This document shows positions 12,046 through 24,956 of a stretch of DNA of 64,000 nucleotides, one piece after another. The notes below the pieces were generated by a model that saw only the letters and a list, made by a program, of their open reading frames with translations, made no database searches and was not told where the DNA came from. The stretch lies in contig NC_135260.1 of the NCBI RefSeq assembly GCF_964204865.1, positions 6,758,001 to 6,822,000 on the forward strand, read 5' to 3'. Position 1 is the first letter of the stretch. Each line of letters opens with the position of its first letter. Origin of the DNA: Styela clava (Eukaryota). The position numbers and the translations under genes were made by a program.

Positions 12046-13530
12046 TGTGTATGATTGATCCCCTCTTGGTTTTCATGTCTGCAGACATGACAAACGCATG
12101 CGTTTCAATTTTCCCAATATTAAGTCTCAATGAAATATTTCAGACATTCAAAATCGGAAAAACACATTTTCCTGCATATTTTTCTGGTACATTATCCTGC
12201 CACAATTACATTTTAAAAGAATCAATCTTGCTACTAGCTTCAAAAATATCACATCCTTTCTCCTAGATAATTTTAACTGATTAATGATTTTAAATATGGT
12301 TGTTAGATGAGACAATTTTGCAAGGCGAAAGATTTCTTTAAAAAACTAGCAGCCACCGAAAGTTTTTCCTGGGTTAGAAGCATATCGTGTCCGTGTGATA
12401 GTGTTACTTTACAACTCTTTGGTAAAATTGTCTTGTATTGAAACGCTTGGTCACTGTGAATAAAATGTTGATCCCATTCAATCAATCAATCAATCAATCT
12501 TTTTTGTTATCGCAGAATTGTCGAATTTGAAAATTGACTTTGTTGTTGTGTGATTGGGATAGTCTTTTTTCCACATCAACTTTCGCCGCTGATACCTTTG
12601 CTATTTGCCAACATGTCGTCACCCGTGTACTGTACTATGTACTCTTATGTATCACAGTATTGACGCGAATATATTTTATGCAATGTTCTAAATATAGATG
12701 TTCTGAACGACCTTTTTACAAAACAATATCAATGGCTTCAAAAAACGTTGATCATTTGAATAACCAGGAAAAATGTCAGATACATTTTAGTTCGTTGTTC
12801 ATTAATATTTGAATTGTGATTAAAGTAAATAATATCTCAATAAACTTAAGAAGACAGCGAATAATGTTTGGCGAAGCATTTTGCTATCTGTTCCGTTCTG
12901 TTGTTTCGAAACGTTTGTCAACGAAGTCATTAACAATGTGTGTTTATGTGGGACTTTCTAAACAACCTCTACTCAATGAGAAATATACTTCGATTCCCCT
13001 TTTTAAAATTCAAATATAATGAATTGCGCCATGTTTTGCTAATATACAGAAGGCGTTCACGAGATATGGCGTAATCTTCAGACAAAGGCGTAAAGAATGT
13101 CACGCGATACGCCTGAATGTTGACGAACAATGATAACAGACCATGTCTGGTTTCACTAGAATGTTGGTGTTTTTGAATCCCAAACAGAGATAAATAATTT
13201 CAGACATTCTAACCTTATTTAAATGTAATTTAGCAACCTATTGTCCTCTATGCACAGTGAGATTTCTTGTCACATAAACCGTACAAGTTTGATTGTCTAC
13301 TTTTATCTTCGAAGATAGAAATTCTGTATAGGGGGTCGACTCATTTATTACTGCGCATATTATGAATTGAACCCAAAAACTTCCCCTGGTAGTTTCACAA
13401 GGTATTCGAAATCACGATATACCTGATCGAACTCGACGTGGTTATAGTGGCAACTATATTAGAGGACGTTTCGAGCCACGGTGTTCTATTTCTTGGTATC
13501 TTCTGAGAAAGCTATATACGTGAAATGATA

Positions 13531-16500
13531 ATGTCAGTAAAACTAATATTGGTGCTGTGTGGCGTCGCTACTGCAATTCAGGATTTGTCAAGTAAGTGAA
13601 AGTTTGAACTGAACGAGACACAAACATTCTTTCAGAGCGGTGGTTTCCACTTTTTTTGGTGGAGTGGAATACTTATGAAACATTCCATAAGTCCGAGGAA
13701 ACCTGTACAATTAATTATCAGTAAATTTGATTTTATTCGTTATTTATTGAATGAAAACCACTGCTTTATGGTATATTATTGGAAGTTTGTTGAAGCATTC
13801 TAGGAACACATCGCCGGATGAGAACAGACGGGGCCTAAGTCACATTTTTGGAAAATTGACTTTTTTCAATATTTTGGGGGTTTAAGCCATGCTCTACAAG
13901 ATGGTGGTCTTGAAATCCTGAATTTCTTAATAATAAAAATTTTAGCTGGACTTAGGACTAAAATATTTAAGAACAGAATGGGCCTAAGTCCAGCTTAAAT
14001 TTTTATTATTGAGAAATTCAGGATTTCAAGACCACCACCTTGTAGAGCATGGCTCAAAACCCCAAAATAGGGAAAAAAGATAGTCCTAAGTTCCAATATG
14101 ATGGGCATGAACATCAGAAATGGAATGTCCGAAACTTACATCCCTGAAAATTTGTTCAGTGCAACTTAGGCCTAAGTCACCTTGTTTTACCTTGCATCCC
14201 ATACAAAAAATTTCAGAAGTTGTTGAGAACAGAATGGGCCAAAATCCCTTATGGGGGTAAAAAAGCAGGAAGGAATTGAAGCTGAAGTGCCAAAAAATAT
14301 TGATTATTGAAAATATTCTCATCCACATTAAAATAACCAGAGCTCAGGACTTTACTAATTGTGAATATCTGGGAATTCAAAAATAAAAAATTGTTTTTTG
14401 CGTTTTTCTCAAAACTCAAAATTGTGACTTAGGCCTATTCCGTTCTCATCCGGCGACATCTATTACCTAAAAATAACTATTGATGTTTTCTTATTGAATA
14501 TAAATTTATATTTTAATGATAAGGTCTTGGAGTTTTGTTTTGAGAGTGAAATATTTGAGTATATATATGATTTGTAAGAGATTCGGAATTACGCATCAAT
14601 ATTTTGTATTTTATGAATGAATATAAATTTTAAGAGTTGACGGCGGCGAAAACTCAACGTGATTCATCGTGCGCCAACTTCTGTTACAGAGAGTTAACAG
14701 ATTATCAAAATGCTTCCCATGCTTCCGAAAAATAAAATAACTTATACCATACCCGACATGGACTGGTAACCGGACGAGAGGCCGTGGTTCGCCATATGGT
14801 TAAGCCGTATTATCGGCTTCCTTTTCCCACCGGGATAAATATGTAAATCTTATCCTGTCTTAATTTTTAGAATTACAATGTACACTACAAGGCGAACGAT
14901 GTGTTTTACCCTTTATGCATCAAGGAATTCAATACATGCACTGTGCTATCTCCGACAGAGTACTGTGGTGTCCATCACGCGCAAAACCAGAAGGGAAATA
15001 TGAACTGGATATTTGCACCTTTTGTGAAGGTGAGAAAGAGTAAATATCCTACTCTACTTTAAAAACAAGTATTTGCTTTGAAATCATTTCAAAACGTCGT
15101 CTATGGCGAATAAAATAGCCAAGGGCGTAACGTTAAAAAAAAGGCACTCCAGAAATGTGTGTACCAATATGAAGGTAACTCATTTTATTCGCTTACTTTA
15201 CATCAAGTTGTATAAAGGAACTGAAACCAATGGATATGGGGTATATTCACTTGGCTAACACAGACAGTCCCTGAACTCGAGATAGAACTAAAATAGGGAA
15301 AGTCGGAATAAAATTACGGCTAACCCTAACCTGGTGCGGGAGTACCAAAGAATTGACCGGCATTTTACAAGTATCACAGACTCAACATCTGAAACCTTCC
15401 GATAAACAACTCACGTCCATTTCCATACTTGAGATGTCACACATTGGCAGCACCCAATAGTCTCTTCCTAGAATAGTTGTATGTAAACATGTCTATAGCA
15501 GAGATATGTGGGTGAATATATAACCATTCTTTATCTTTATTACTCATACTGAAGTACTGGGAGTCACATTTGTGACTGCCGTTTTAAAGTATATATAATT
15601 AATTTCCAACCTATTTTATGGCAACCTTTTCTGGAGCATTAAACACAGAGGCATTTTTTGATGATAGAATTCGTTAGTTTGATTTTTGTTACAGCGCCAT
15701 CTGTCTGCTATATAAGGGCAGACGAATTGCCTCTGCATTCGTGGAAACTAGACTGCCCGGGAGGATGTTTTAACATATCGAAGCGAATGTGGAGTTCGAC
15801 AAACGATAATGATATTGTCAGATACTCCGTGGACTCGTTTGTTTGTGCAGCTGCCATTATGGAAAGAAAAATTAACGGTAAAGTGATTCCCCTTTTCATA
15901 ATCAACGTCCCACTTTATACTTTTCCCCTCCCCTCCTTCGTTTTTTTTTGTGATAGGAAGACAGAGCTTCATATTTTAGATATTTCAAAATATCTCTCTA
16001 TATATCTATATGACAGGTGCGATTGGCGGCACAGTTCTTATTAAGAAGTCGAGTCAGAAGCTGGAGAAAGTCGTGGACGACAACGCAAAATCATGGCTGA
16101 AGCTCGAAGACAAACTGGCGCCTCTTTTTTCTTTTGCAGGTATATTTTCAATCTATCGAGTTTGTATTTTGCTCAAAGTAAATTATAATGTTTGACACCT
16201 ACAACCTGCAAAATATTTTACAAATTTGTCGTTGTTCCTACAGGCTTATACAGGAGACGTATTTTTACGTACCATCCCATGGAAATTATTGCTTGTTCCA
16301 CGTCACCCGTGGGGATGGAAATCCTGTGGCCAGCCATTGATCTGTATGCATTCCTCATTACAATTATCTGTCCCCTTTACCCACTGGGTTCGAATGGTAA
16401 GAACAAATGTATAAAATGCTTTTTATTCCAGACCCTGGAAAACAAACACCGATACCACGACTTCTGTTTTCAAATCAAAAAGACGTCAGAGTTGTGAGCA

Positions 16501-19500
16501 AAGGAAGGTGAGAAATTTTTAGTTTACTTCTTCCGCATGTTGAGAAATGGCCCATTCAAACATGACGTCATACTTTCCATGAATCCGGGAACCCGCGAGT
16601 AGCGGCGCTGAATCGAATTACAATTGTTCTGATATAGTATAGTCTGCCATTTGATATCTTTCAATTTTATATCTGTTTGCTTTGGGTTTGTTTTCGCCAG
16701 CCTGCTTTCGACTGTGGATATCACACCCTATTTATCGAAGGTTATACTGAACAGTTGTTTACTTTCCATTATACTATAGAGAGGTGACCGCCGAGGAGGA
16801 AGTTTTAAATTCTTCTCTTAAATTCGCTTGTTGAAGTAATAAATTAAAAACTTTTTTGAAGTTGACATTTTTAACCATGTTCGATATTTTCCTAGTGTGG
16901 AAGTTCTGGTGAAAAATCAGAAGAACGTTGTTGCTATCGCTTTGGATTCAGCTAGAAATATTCTATATTGGAGCGACGTGGAGGCGATGAAAATATTCAG
17001 GTTAACAATATTTAAAAGCGATAGTTACAAGAAATTGTGTTGTGGTAGTACATATGCATACTGTCTGAAAGCACATAATTGATCATAAAAAGAATAAATC
17101 AGAAAAGACCTTACAGAGATGTTGATAGAATTGATAATAATGGAAGCTCCCATTATAAAACTCGCAAATATAAGAATGGTGACAACGAATAAAAAATAAA
17201 ATTTCCGCGATATTTCGCTTGATTGATTTTTGATCCTATACCAAATATTGAAATACTAATCTCATACGATATTTCTCCCATTTTTGGATCAACTGAAGAA
17301 TCTCTCTCCGGACCCGTCTGGGGAGGAGATTCTTCAGCTGGACTCACCCTTTGGGTCTTAGTTGGGGTGGAGATTTTTCAGTTGATCCCGTTTTCCAACT
17401 AAAGAATATCCCCCTCCCCCAACCCACCTAAGCCGATAATACCAGTTTATTCTTTAATTTACCTGGTAAATACCAGCTGATCCTTCATTTGATCTGGACT
17501 AATTATTTGATAGGGTTATGGGTTAGATGGTTAGTTCGGGTGGAGATTCTACAGTTTTTGAGGGAAATGCAACATTTCAAATATTCGATTCATTTCATTT
17601 AGAGGAAATCTCACCGCATCAGAAGGCGGAAAACAAGTACAAGCAATGTCTTCCCTCATAGTAAAGGTGAAATTACTGTTCTTTCTGTTTATGCTAGAAC
17701 GTTAACTACTACTGACTCATTTAAAACATCTACAGGATATCTTCGTTATCAACGTCTTGCAAATATATTTGGGCGAGATTATATTTCTCCACTTCAAATT
17801 AAGTGGAATTTAATCTGTTTTCATGATCTAAAATCTAAATGACCCGAGGCTGAGGTGCTTCAAGTCTTGGGACAATCTGTATTTACTAACGCACAATTAG
17901 ATCGGTGGTCGGCGGAACTTTGCTCAAATATCACCCAATTTGGTTGGGGATCAGTGAGCGTTTCCTTGTTTTAAGCAAACTTCTTATGGAAAATTATTTT
18001 GTGAACTCCTTCGCAATCTAAGGTTGACGATAATTGTTTCCTAATAACTTGAATTACATGCCACCGTTAATACGAACCCGGAAAAACCTAGGCTACCACC
18101 TTGTTTGAAATCATGTTTGAGCCTAAATTTGTCGTTATCGCCATCAAAATAAGCACTATGCACTGGTTTGCTGACTATGTCTCAGAAACTGAATTTCTTG
18201 ACCCATAATGTTGTCTTTAAATTGGTCGCATCTTTTTCTCTCTCGTTTCATTATAAATCGCACTGGTTTAATTTTAGCGACCCGATGGATTGGCGTATGA
18301 TTGGATCCACAAGTTGCTTTTCTGGTCGGACGCAGATCTACATACAGTTAGTGTTTCGACTGATCTCGGAAATTATCCCAAGACATTGATTAATAGACCT
18401 GCAAGTTATGTGCCGAGAGATATAGCATTGGATCCGAAAAGGGGGTTTGTACAATTGTTGCCAGATATGAAAATGTTTAACCAATAAATGAGAGTAGTCA
18501 AATTACGTTTTCAACTAAGGTAGTTGAAGTAAGCATACAGCCATTTTGACCATTTTCAAACGGCTTCACTTGCATTAGATTCTTGAGTAAATCGCCACAC
18601 ATTTTTATTCACGCATATGGCATTGATATGTACCAACAGCTCATTGTAAATTTGCGTTAGTACATTTGCGTATTGACTATTATAGTATATATATATATAA
18701 CTGAAGAATATACCGTTTGCCAATTATCATATCTCATTCGTGTATATAGTTTATTCGTGCATTAGAATTACGTGAAACTGTTTCTTTAGTTAACATTAGT
18801 TGTGACTGCCGATTTACTTGAGTGGACTAATGACAGAATCACAACATCACAACTAAGATCAGAATTATATAAGCTCGTTTTCACATTAGAGTAGGCATTT
18901 GCGGAGGCTTTGGACAGCTTTTTTGACTTTGACCAAGTTTCTGGTGGCGTCCGTAACAAAAATTCGTAATATAGACCATTCTAGTATTTATTCATTCACT
19001 TGCTTTGGACAAATGGTCAGAACGTACACACGAAAAATCCAACTATAGAATTGACGCGGAAGAATATATAGTGAGGTTGCAGTTTACAAATGAATTATTT
19101 TTCAGGTACATGTACGTTACAGACTGGGGGGACAATGCTAAGATAGAGAAATGTCATATGAGTGGAATAGATACCTGTCTCACTGTTGTCGGTCATGATA
19201 TAAAATGGCCGAACGGAATTGCTTTAGGTATGATGGAAAGTTGGATACTTCCAAAGTATGTGAAGTAAACCAAGATGGCAAGGACTGGAACTTAGTATGT
19301 GTACCAGGTTAGGGTTAGTCCATAACTTCAGGTACAAATACTACGAGAGTCACTTGGCTAGTCTCCGAACTCGTATATTAGAACTGAAATAGGGAAAACT
19401 GGGATAAAGAGATGGCCTAACCCTTTTCCTGGTACACATACTACGTTCCGGTGTCCACCATCTTGGTTCACATACTTCGGGAGTATCAAATAGTTGTTGT

Positions 19501-22053
19501 TAACCACATATTTCCAGTTTGAATAACTTTATAAATAATTCATTCCTAGATATAGAAAATGATTTGATATACTGGGTTGATGCTCATATGAATTCCATAT
19601 CAGTCGCAACATCAGATGGAGACTTCAGACGTGAACTTGTCGCATCAAAGCATGTTGTAAAACATCCGTATTCTGTGATGCTCCATGGTAGTAGATGTAA
19701 GTACTTGCAATTCAAATTGAATATAAAAATAAATAGACATATTCTGTTAAAAGGGATTGGTCAGGCGGGAAAAGCGATGGCTGACCAACAATTCAAGCAG
19801 CGAAGTATTGACTTATTTTTAGAAAACAAAACTCAATTTATTTATTATTTTTTTTTTTTTTTTTTTTTTAAAAAGCACTTCGCAAAATATTTTTCTCAGT
19901 ATATTGGACAGATTGGGATCGAGGCATTTTGAGCGTCGATAAAGAAACAGGAGTTGATGTTCATTTGCATTTCATGGATTTAACAAGGCCAACTGGAATC
20001 GCGTTGTATGACGCTGAGTTGCAACATAATTGTAAGTCAAAATGTCATGTTTATGATATTTAGCGGAAGTGAACATGATTTAATTATTATCTTGCCAATA
20101 TTTCAAGACTCGCATCCAAAACGTGATCTCCCTGATACTAATCCACAGACAGTTTAGATGCCCCACAAGTATCTCGCTAATAAGTTTATTTATTTTCTTA
20201 CTCTACGATACTTTCATTTCATCTATTGCATTTATATTCCAGTGTTTAGGTATAAATTCGAATGTTGTTATGTATCAGTGAGCGTCGCGGTAGAGCCCGA
20301 TACGCCGGTTATGGAGTTCACTCTGCAGACTGACTTTTTGGTTTTTATCTTACTGTTTAAATTCCAATCCGAAATTATTTTCTACTCACTCCAGCTTCCT
20401 TTATTACTAATAATCGTATTTATATTTTGCGTTGTGCATAAAAATATCATTTTCCTTATAACTAGGCGATACCATATATATCTGAAGCTAAAACCAGGAC
20501 AGTGTAGATTTGGCAAGCCAACGTTGGTTTGATTCCGAGGCTTAGTGACAATTTAACATTTTTCAAACCATTCTGGGTAGATTATAGACATCAAAATTAG
20601 CTGTAAATTTTAGCTGTAAAACTTTCGGCATATTAATGATTCAACGACGGTGCAGTTGGGTGTTGAATTGACGTATACTTCGGTTCATACTTCATATCAA
20701 AACTATGATATAACAATTTATCTCGCTCTATCGGAACTGGTAAAGCGAGGTGCGAATCAGTGGTTAATCGACTGCCTCTGTTAAAAAGATGTATTAATAT
20801 CAAATAAAGAAATATGTCTCGGCTAAACGGGGGCGTATGGCAAGCGTATTTATAATAGTAGTAATTAATTTAGATTTGAACCATTGTGAAAGATCGCCAT
20901 GCAAGTACCTGTGTCTCCCAACGCCTATTGGATTTGAATGTGCATGTCCTGACGGATATGAACCTATATCTAGAGATGAATCTGATTGCAAAGTAAAACC
21001 GTCACTCGTGGATGAGAAAAATGTAAGTTGTTTAAATATGATTTTGACAATTCGAAATGTTTCACAATTTGAGAATATTGTAGACTCGTAGACCTTGTCG
21101 CCAAATTGCAAATTGATTAACTTGATTTTACAGGTGCTTGAAAACGTTATCGAGACAACTGAATTCACCTACGACGTGAAATCGGAGTTTGATGAAGAGA
21201 AACAGGTAAAAATCTCATATGATCAACTGCGATAAATTTACCCTGATATAAACTCAGTTCAATATGAGAGAACCTTAATGATCTTTGTGATAAAGTTAGG
21301 CATACCATATATCTGGAACAAAAAACCGGGACAGTGCGGATCGGACTAACTTTGGCTCCATTCTAAAGCTAAGTAATATCTGTAACTTCTATCATATCTT
21401 TGCAGTAGATACCGGGCATTAAATTACCTATAAATTAATTTTACGCGCAGTCGCCAAACATTATTTATAAAAGCAGTCAATTTTTTGAACATTTCAATAA
21501 CCGACATAAGAGAGACACGGAAGGATGTTGAATTCAGTTTTAAGATAAATGGGCCGCAAATCCTATGTCGGTCTCGTAAAGGCTCGTTTCAGTTTTATTT
21601 TTTAGTTTGAAAAAAACATTATTGCCATTCGTCTTTCTACGCGTCCATTTGGCATTTTGATAATTTATTGACAGGCCAGTTAACATTGTGTGTCAAATTA
21701 TCGCAATTAACATAATTATAATACCTATACCACAACAAAACAGCAGTTATCTCTCCCTCTGTTAACTAGTGAATCAGAGATAAATTGGATGCTTCCGTTA
21801 AGAAAATAACTTTGTGATAATATTATATAAAAAAATGCTTTGACTGCCACGCTACATACCGCGACAGCTTATCAAAACCGAGACTGTCCCGGCTAAACCG
21901 GGACGTATGGTAAGCGTAGATATAGTCGATGCACCCAGATAGTTACATCTGCAACGTATATCAATATTTAGGTATTACGTGTATAGTTTGAAATTTCCTC
22001 ATATTAATTTTCAGAGAGATAAGAAGGGAAGAGCGGCTTACGAAGATTTGTAA
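13531..22053 (+). CDS. Secreted or ER-luminal FN2-LCCL-YWTD propeller-EGF protein (LRP-like module, no TM), copy A, ~532 aa
   Basis: 14 exons with consistent phases and GT-AG introns: 13531-13591, 14871-15029, 15695-15877, 16017-16139, 16432-16507, 16896-17000, 17603-17666, 18278-18444, 19106-19227, 19550-19696, 19900-20031, 20874-21022, 21134-21205, 22015-22053 (1599 nt). An alternative ATG lies at 13525. Domains: signal peptide MSVKLILVLCGVATA; FN2 CVLPFMHQGIQYMHC...LWC; LCCL CPGGC...DSFVCAAAI...GGTV; YWSD/FWSD/YVTD/YWVD/YWTD repeats; EGF CERSPCKYLCLPTPIGFECACPDGY. Ends AAYEDL*. Confidence 0.85.
13810..14457. mobile_element. MITE with long TIRs and an internal inverted repeat (copy at ~31778-32425)
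   Basis: Termini TCGCCGGATGAGAAC...GGCCTAAGTCAC / GTGACTTAGGCCTATTCCGTTCTCATCCGGCGAC; internal ~13850-13955 is inverted relative to ~13985-14080. Confidence 0.75.
14716..14858 (+). mobile_element. SINE 3' half (copy at 32686-32827)
   Basis: CCATGCTTCCGAAAA...CCCGACATGGACTGGTAACCGGACGAGAGGCCGTGGTTCGCCATATG...GGATAAATATGTAAATC is shared with 28400-28572 and 46737-46962. Confidence 0.65.
15143..15346. mobile_element. Merlin-like MITE (copy at ~33112-33315)
   Basis: GGCACTCC...GGGAGTACC termini; matches 63400-63613. Confidence 0.7.
17285..17425. repeat. Inverted-repeat-rich element, probable MITE remnant (copy at ~35228-35428)
   Basis: GGATCAACTGAAGAATCTC ... GAGATTCTTCAGCTG and GAGATTTTTCAGTTGATCC inverted pairs. 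Confidence 0.45.
19243..19488. mobile_element. Merlin-like MITE with ~70-bp TIRs containing TTAGGGTTAG (copy at ~37215-37458)
   Basis: Left arm GGATACTTCC...AACCAAGATGGC...GTGTACCAGGTTAGGGTTAG pairs with right arm CCTAACC...CTGGTACAC...CCATCTTGGTT...GGGAGTA(T/C)C. Confidence 0.75.
20463..20848. mobile_element. hAT-like MITE (copy at ~38393-38766)
   Basis: TAGGCGATACCATA...GGACAGTG start and CGTATGGCAAGCGTA end; same family as 21297-21918. Confidence 0.55.
21297..21918. mobile_element. hAT-like MITE present only in unit A
   Basis: TAGGCATACCATA ... TATGGTAAGCGTA, flanked by an 8-bp TSD GATAAAGT/GATATAGT. Unit B has the empty site at ~39207. Confidence 0.75.
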
Positions 22054-22769
22054 TCTAGTATTATGAAGACGCGGATAATCCTTTAGCCACAGCAATTTAC
22101 AATTATTATGTAAAATGATTGGACTCCCTATGCAGTATATTTTGTATTTTTACGTAATAATGGTGTTTACTTGACTTTCCACTTGTCTAGAGATGTTTGG
22201 TCTGACAGACCCGCAAATAATTCATGTATAACATAGTGTTGTAAAGAGTCTGTCTGAACTCATTCATTTTCAAGATATATAAAAATCTGGAGAATATAAA
22301 CGACGAATAGATTGACTTTTACTTAGTTTAAAGTTATTAGGTTACGACTACATTTCTTGTTTAATTCTTTCATCGTCGTATTTCCACAGGCTGGAATATA
22401 CACGATCACATTTCATCAGTTATGTATGTTTCACTTTAGCAATTATGTGTATCCAAGTTCATAGTTATTGGACTATTTTTGATTAATATTTGTTTTTGTT
22501 TTATTGTATTGAACACTTTCAAGCGGTCTCACCTTTTGCATATGTAATGAGTGATAATCAAACTTTTTTTTAAATTGTCGATTGGATGCAGATGGGTGAA
22601 ATGCAACATACAGTTTCTTGATTAAATATGCTCGCCAGTTCTGCAGAACACCCAGAAATTACCGCTTGCTGCAAAGCAATGCATGAGAATATATGAGAGA
22701 CCAATAGTCAGATGACAAGTAGCGAACTTTATTGCAGCAGCAAAAAGCCGGATTGGTCAGATAATTACA

Positions 22770-23100
22770 TCCTGCACCCGCTGCCCTAACTCTCTCTACC
22801 CTCCATCCGAGGCCCTATCTCCCTCAGCCTTCCTATTCTTCACCCGCTGCCCTGCCTCCCTCAACCCACCTATCCTCCACCCGCGGCCCTACCCCCCTCA
22901 ACCTTCCCAATCTCCACCGCTGCCCTCCTAACCTTGACTCACTGTCCTTCCTAACTCAGACAACTTTCCTATCACCGAACCACTGCCCTTTCTCCACCAA
23001 CCTTTCTAGTCTCGACCCACTACCCCATCCCCTAAACTAAACTTACCTATACTACTACATCCTACCTTATCTAACCGTGCTTTACCCACGTTCTAATCGT
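22770..23100 (+). repeat. C/T-rich low-complexity degenerate tandem repeat (copy at ~40070-40380)
   Basis: Recurring CACCCGCTGCCCT / CCCTCAACCTTCC units. Confidence 0.6.
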
Positions 23101-23206
23101 CAAACGCAACCTTGCTCGCTCGTGATTAGGAAACTCTCAGGATTTATACGGCTCGAGTATGCCAATGAGATGATAGAAGCCTACGTCGACGAAACAAGCC
23201 TATAAG

Positions 23207-23800
23207 CAGGGTTGCCATACCGTGCTTATTTCTAAGATTGGTGCTTATTTTCTAGCGTGTGTCTTATAAAGTAACGATGTGCTTATTTCTAAGAAAAGTG
23301 CTTATTTTTGAGTTACGTGCTTATTTTGTCTTAGAAACATGGATGACTTGTTCATGTTTTGCGAACAAAGCTTCCGTAGAAACGAGGGACGATGTATTTT
23401 TATTATACGCAACGCGTTTAATATAAAATTATCATTTTGGGTTAGATGGCTGCGCATCTCATTGAATATGCGCGGACGCCCTTTGGGTTGTTGTTTCCTG
23501 TGCAAGATGTTGAATGCTGGATGTTTATTGTGTGTACCTGCCTATTTTTCTGTATCTTCTTACATTTTAGAAGTTGCGTGTGGCCGTTATTTAATGGTTT
23601 TCCATGGCCTTGCGCGATTTCGGGTCTGCATGCAACCTTGTTCGAAGCGACTTCTAATAGTAAAAGGTTGGAGTGCGGAAGAGACTTGTGTATGATTCCT
23701 TTCACATTTTTAAACCGCCTTTCTGCCGTTGTTAAGTACCCCCCAAAATAAACTTTAGACACCAGTGCTTATTTTTGGCTCTAGACCGATGGCAACCCTG
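23207..23800. mobile_element. hAT MITE present only in unit A
   Basis: TIR CAGGGTTGCCAT / ATGGCAACCCTG with a perfect 8-bp TSD CCTATAAG (23199-23206 and 23801-23808) and subterminal GTGCTTATTT repeats. Unit B has the empty site at ~40481. Confidence 0.9.
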
Positions 23801-24777
23801 CCTATAAGGTTGGCGGCATTCGCGATATATCATTATGGATATATTTGAATATGAAACAAACGTATAGCTTCAGTGAGTGTAAATAATGACAAAAATGATT
23901 CAAATCTTCTAAAGGCATTTATTTACATCACTTGCCAGGCCATTTAAATGTAGGCTTCAGTCCCAAGTGGTAATCAATCGCCATAATTGGTAGCTTAAAC
24001 ATTTGCTACTTGTTAGGCCACTGATGTTCACTCGTGTCGGAGAACGGCTGTTTTGAACATATTGACACCTGTAAACACTGAACGTGCAACCGCTGACTCA
24101 AGCAACAATCAACATCAGTTTCGCCAATGGAATCAGATTAGGGAGAAAATAGGACAATCTGTCGATTACGCTAGTTCACTATTTATGAGATCGCTTTTAC
24201 TTTAGGAGCTGCAAAACATCTAAATGTTAATTAGTTACGATAAAGTAATTAAACGTTTAGTTGATGACCTCTTCACTAATTCAGAAAATTTATAGCACGA
24301 TCCAAAACTCTATCACTGGAGTCACTCCATTTTTCTTCTTATTACGGATCAGGACGACAAGTCGGGAATCCAGCCCAATGCCTCCATGCCCAAACTATGC
24401 CGACGGAAGTTTTATGGATCATTTTCTCTCCAATAGAGATCACCATTGTTCTATACCACGTAATGGGGTTGACTTCCTTTCATCATATCCGCTATATATG
24501 GGGTGGTATTACCAGGTTTGCTGTGCTTTTACGCGCTTAATACGAGGGATTTTAGAGGCCGAATTAAATGTCCAAAGAAACAAGAATCGAAATTTGATTG
24601 TATGGGGGTCCGATTGTATGCAAGAAGTTTCGCTCAGTAGGAACACTGTAATTACTTCGTTACATCGTTCTCGCTATCTAGTTGTAATCTTGTTGACTTT
24701 ATTTGCCCACCTGTAGATTGCAGGAACTTGTCACGGCAGTTTGGGTTGTCGGTTGCCCCAAAGTTAGGACCCATGTC

Positions 24778-24956
24778 CAGTGGTGGGATTCAATTTTTTT
24801 GTCAGCCGGTTCCATCAAAAAAGTCATATTTTTCAGCCGGTTCTGTTACAAAAAGTCATTGACAGTAACCAGTAATGCTAACCGGTTCGCTGATCCCATG
24901 AAATTCCGTCAGACGGTTCTATAGAACCGGTGCTAACCGGCTGAATCCCACCACTG
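24778..24956. mobile_element. hAT MITE (copy at ~41279-41457)
   Basis: TIR CAGTGGTGGGATTCA / TGAATCCCACCACTG with an 8-bp TSD CCCATGTC. Confidence 0.88.

Noticed and set aside
13810-14457. Recurrent GGCCTAAGTC / GAGAACAGAATGGGCC motifs as a CRISPR-like array
   Set aside because: Irregular spacing, mixed orientation and a eukaryotic context; these are MITE subterminal repeats.
16244-16396. Possible extra phase 1-1 exon or fossil EGF exon (YNYLSPLPTGFE) in intron 4 of the FN2-LCCL-YWTD gene
   Set aside because: It would leave a 35-nt downstream intron, lacks the EGF cysteines, and contains short inverted repeats suggestive of a TE remnant. The ORF is complete without it.
19300-19325. TTAGGGTTAG as a telomere or fusion remnant
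   Set aside because: Only 1-2 units, always embedded in MITE arms.
20158-20532. 124-140 aa hydrophobic ORFs (also 38040-38462) as a transmembrane exon
   Set aside because: T-rich intronic sequence running into a MITE, with no fitting splice sites; it would interrupt the propeller-EGF junction.
23302-23762. Overlapping 67-118 aa ORFs on both strands
   Set aside because: They lie inside a hAT MITE with TIR and TSD and show no protein motifs.
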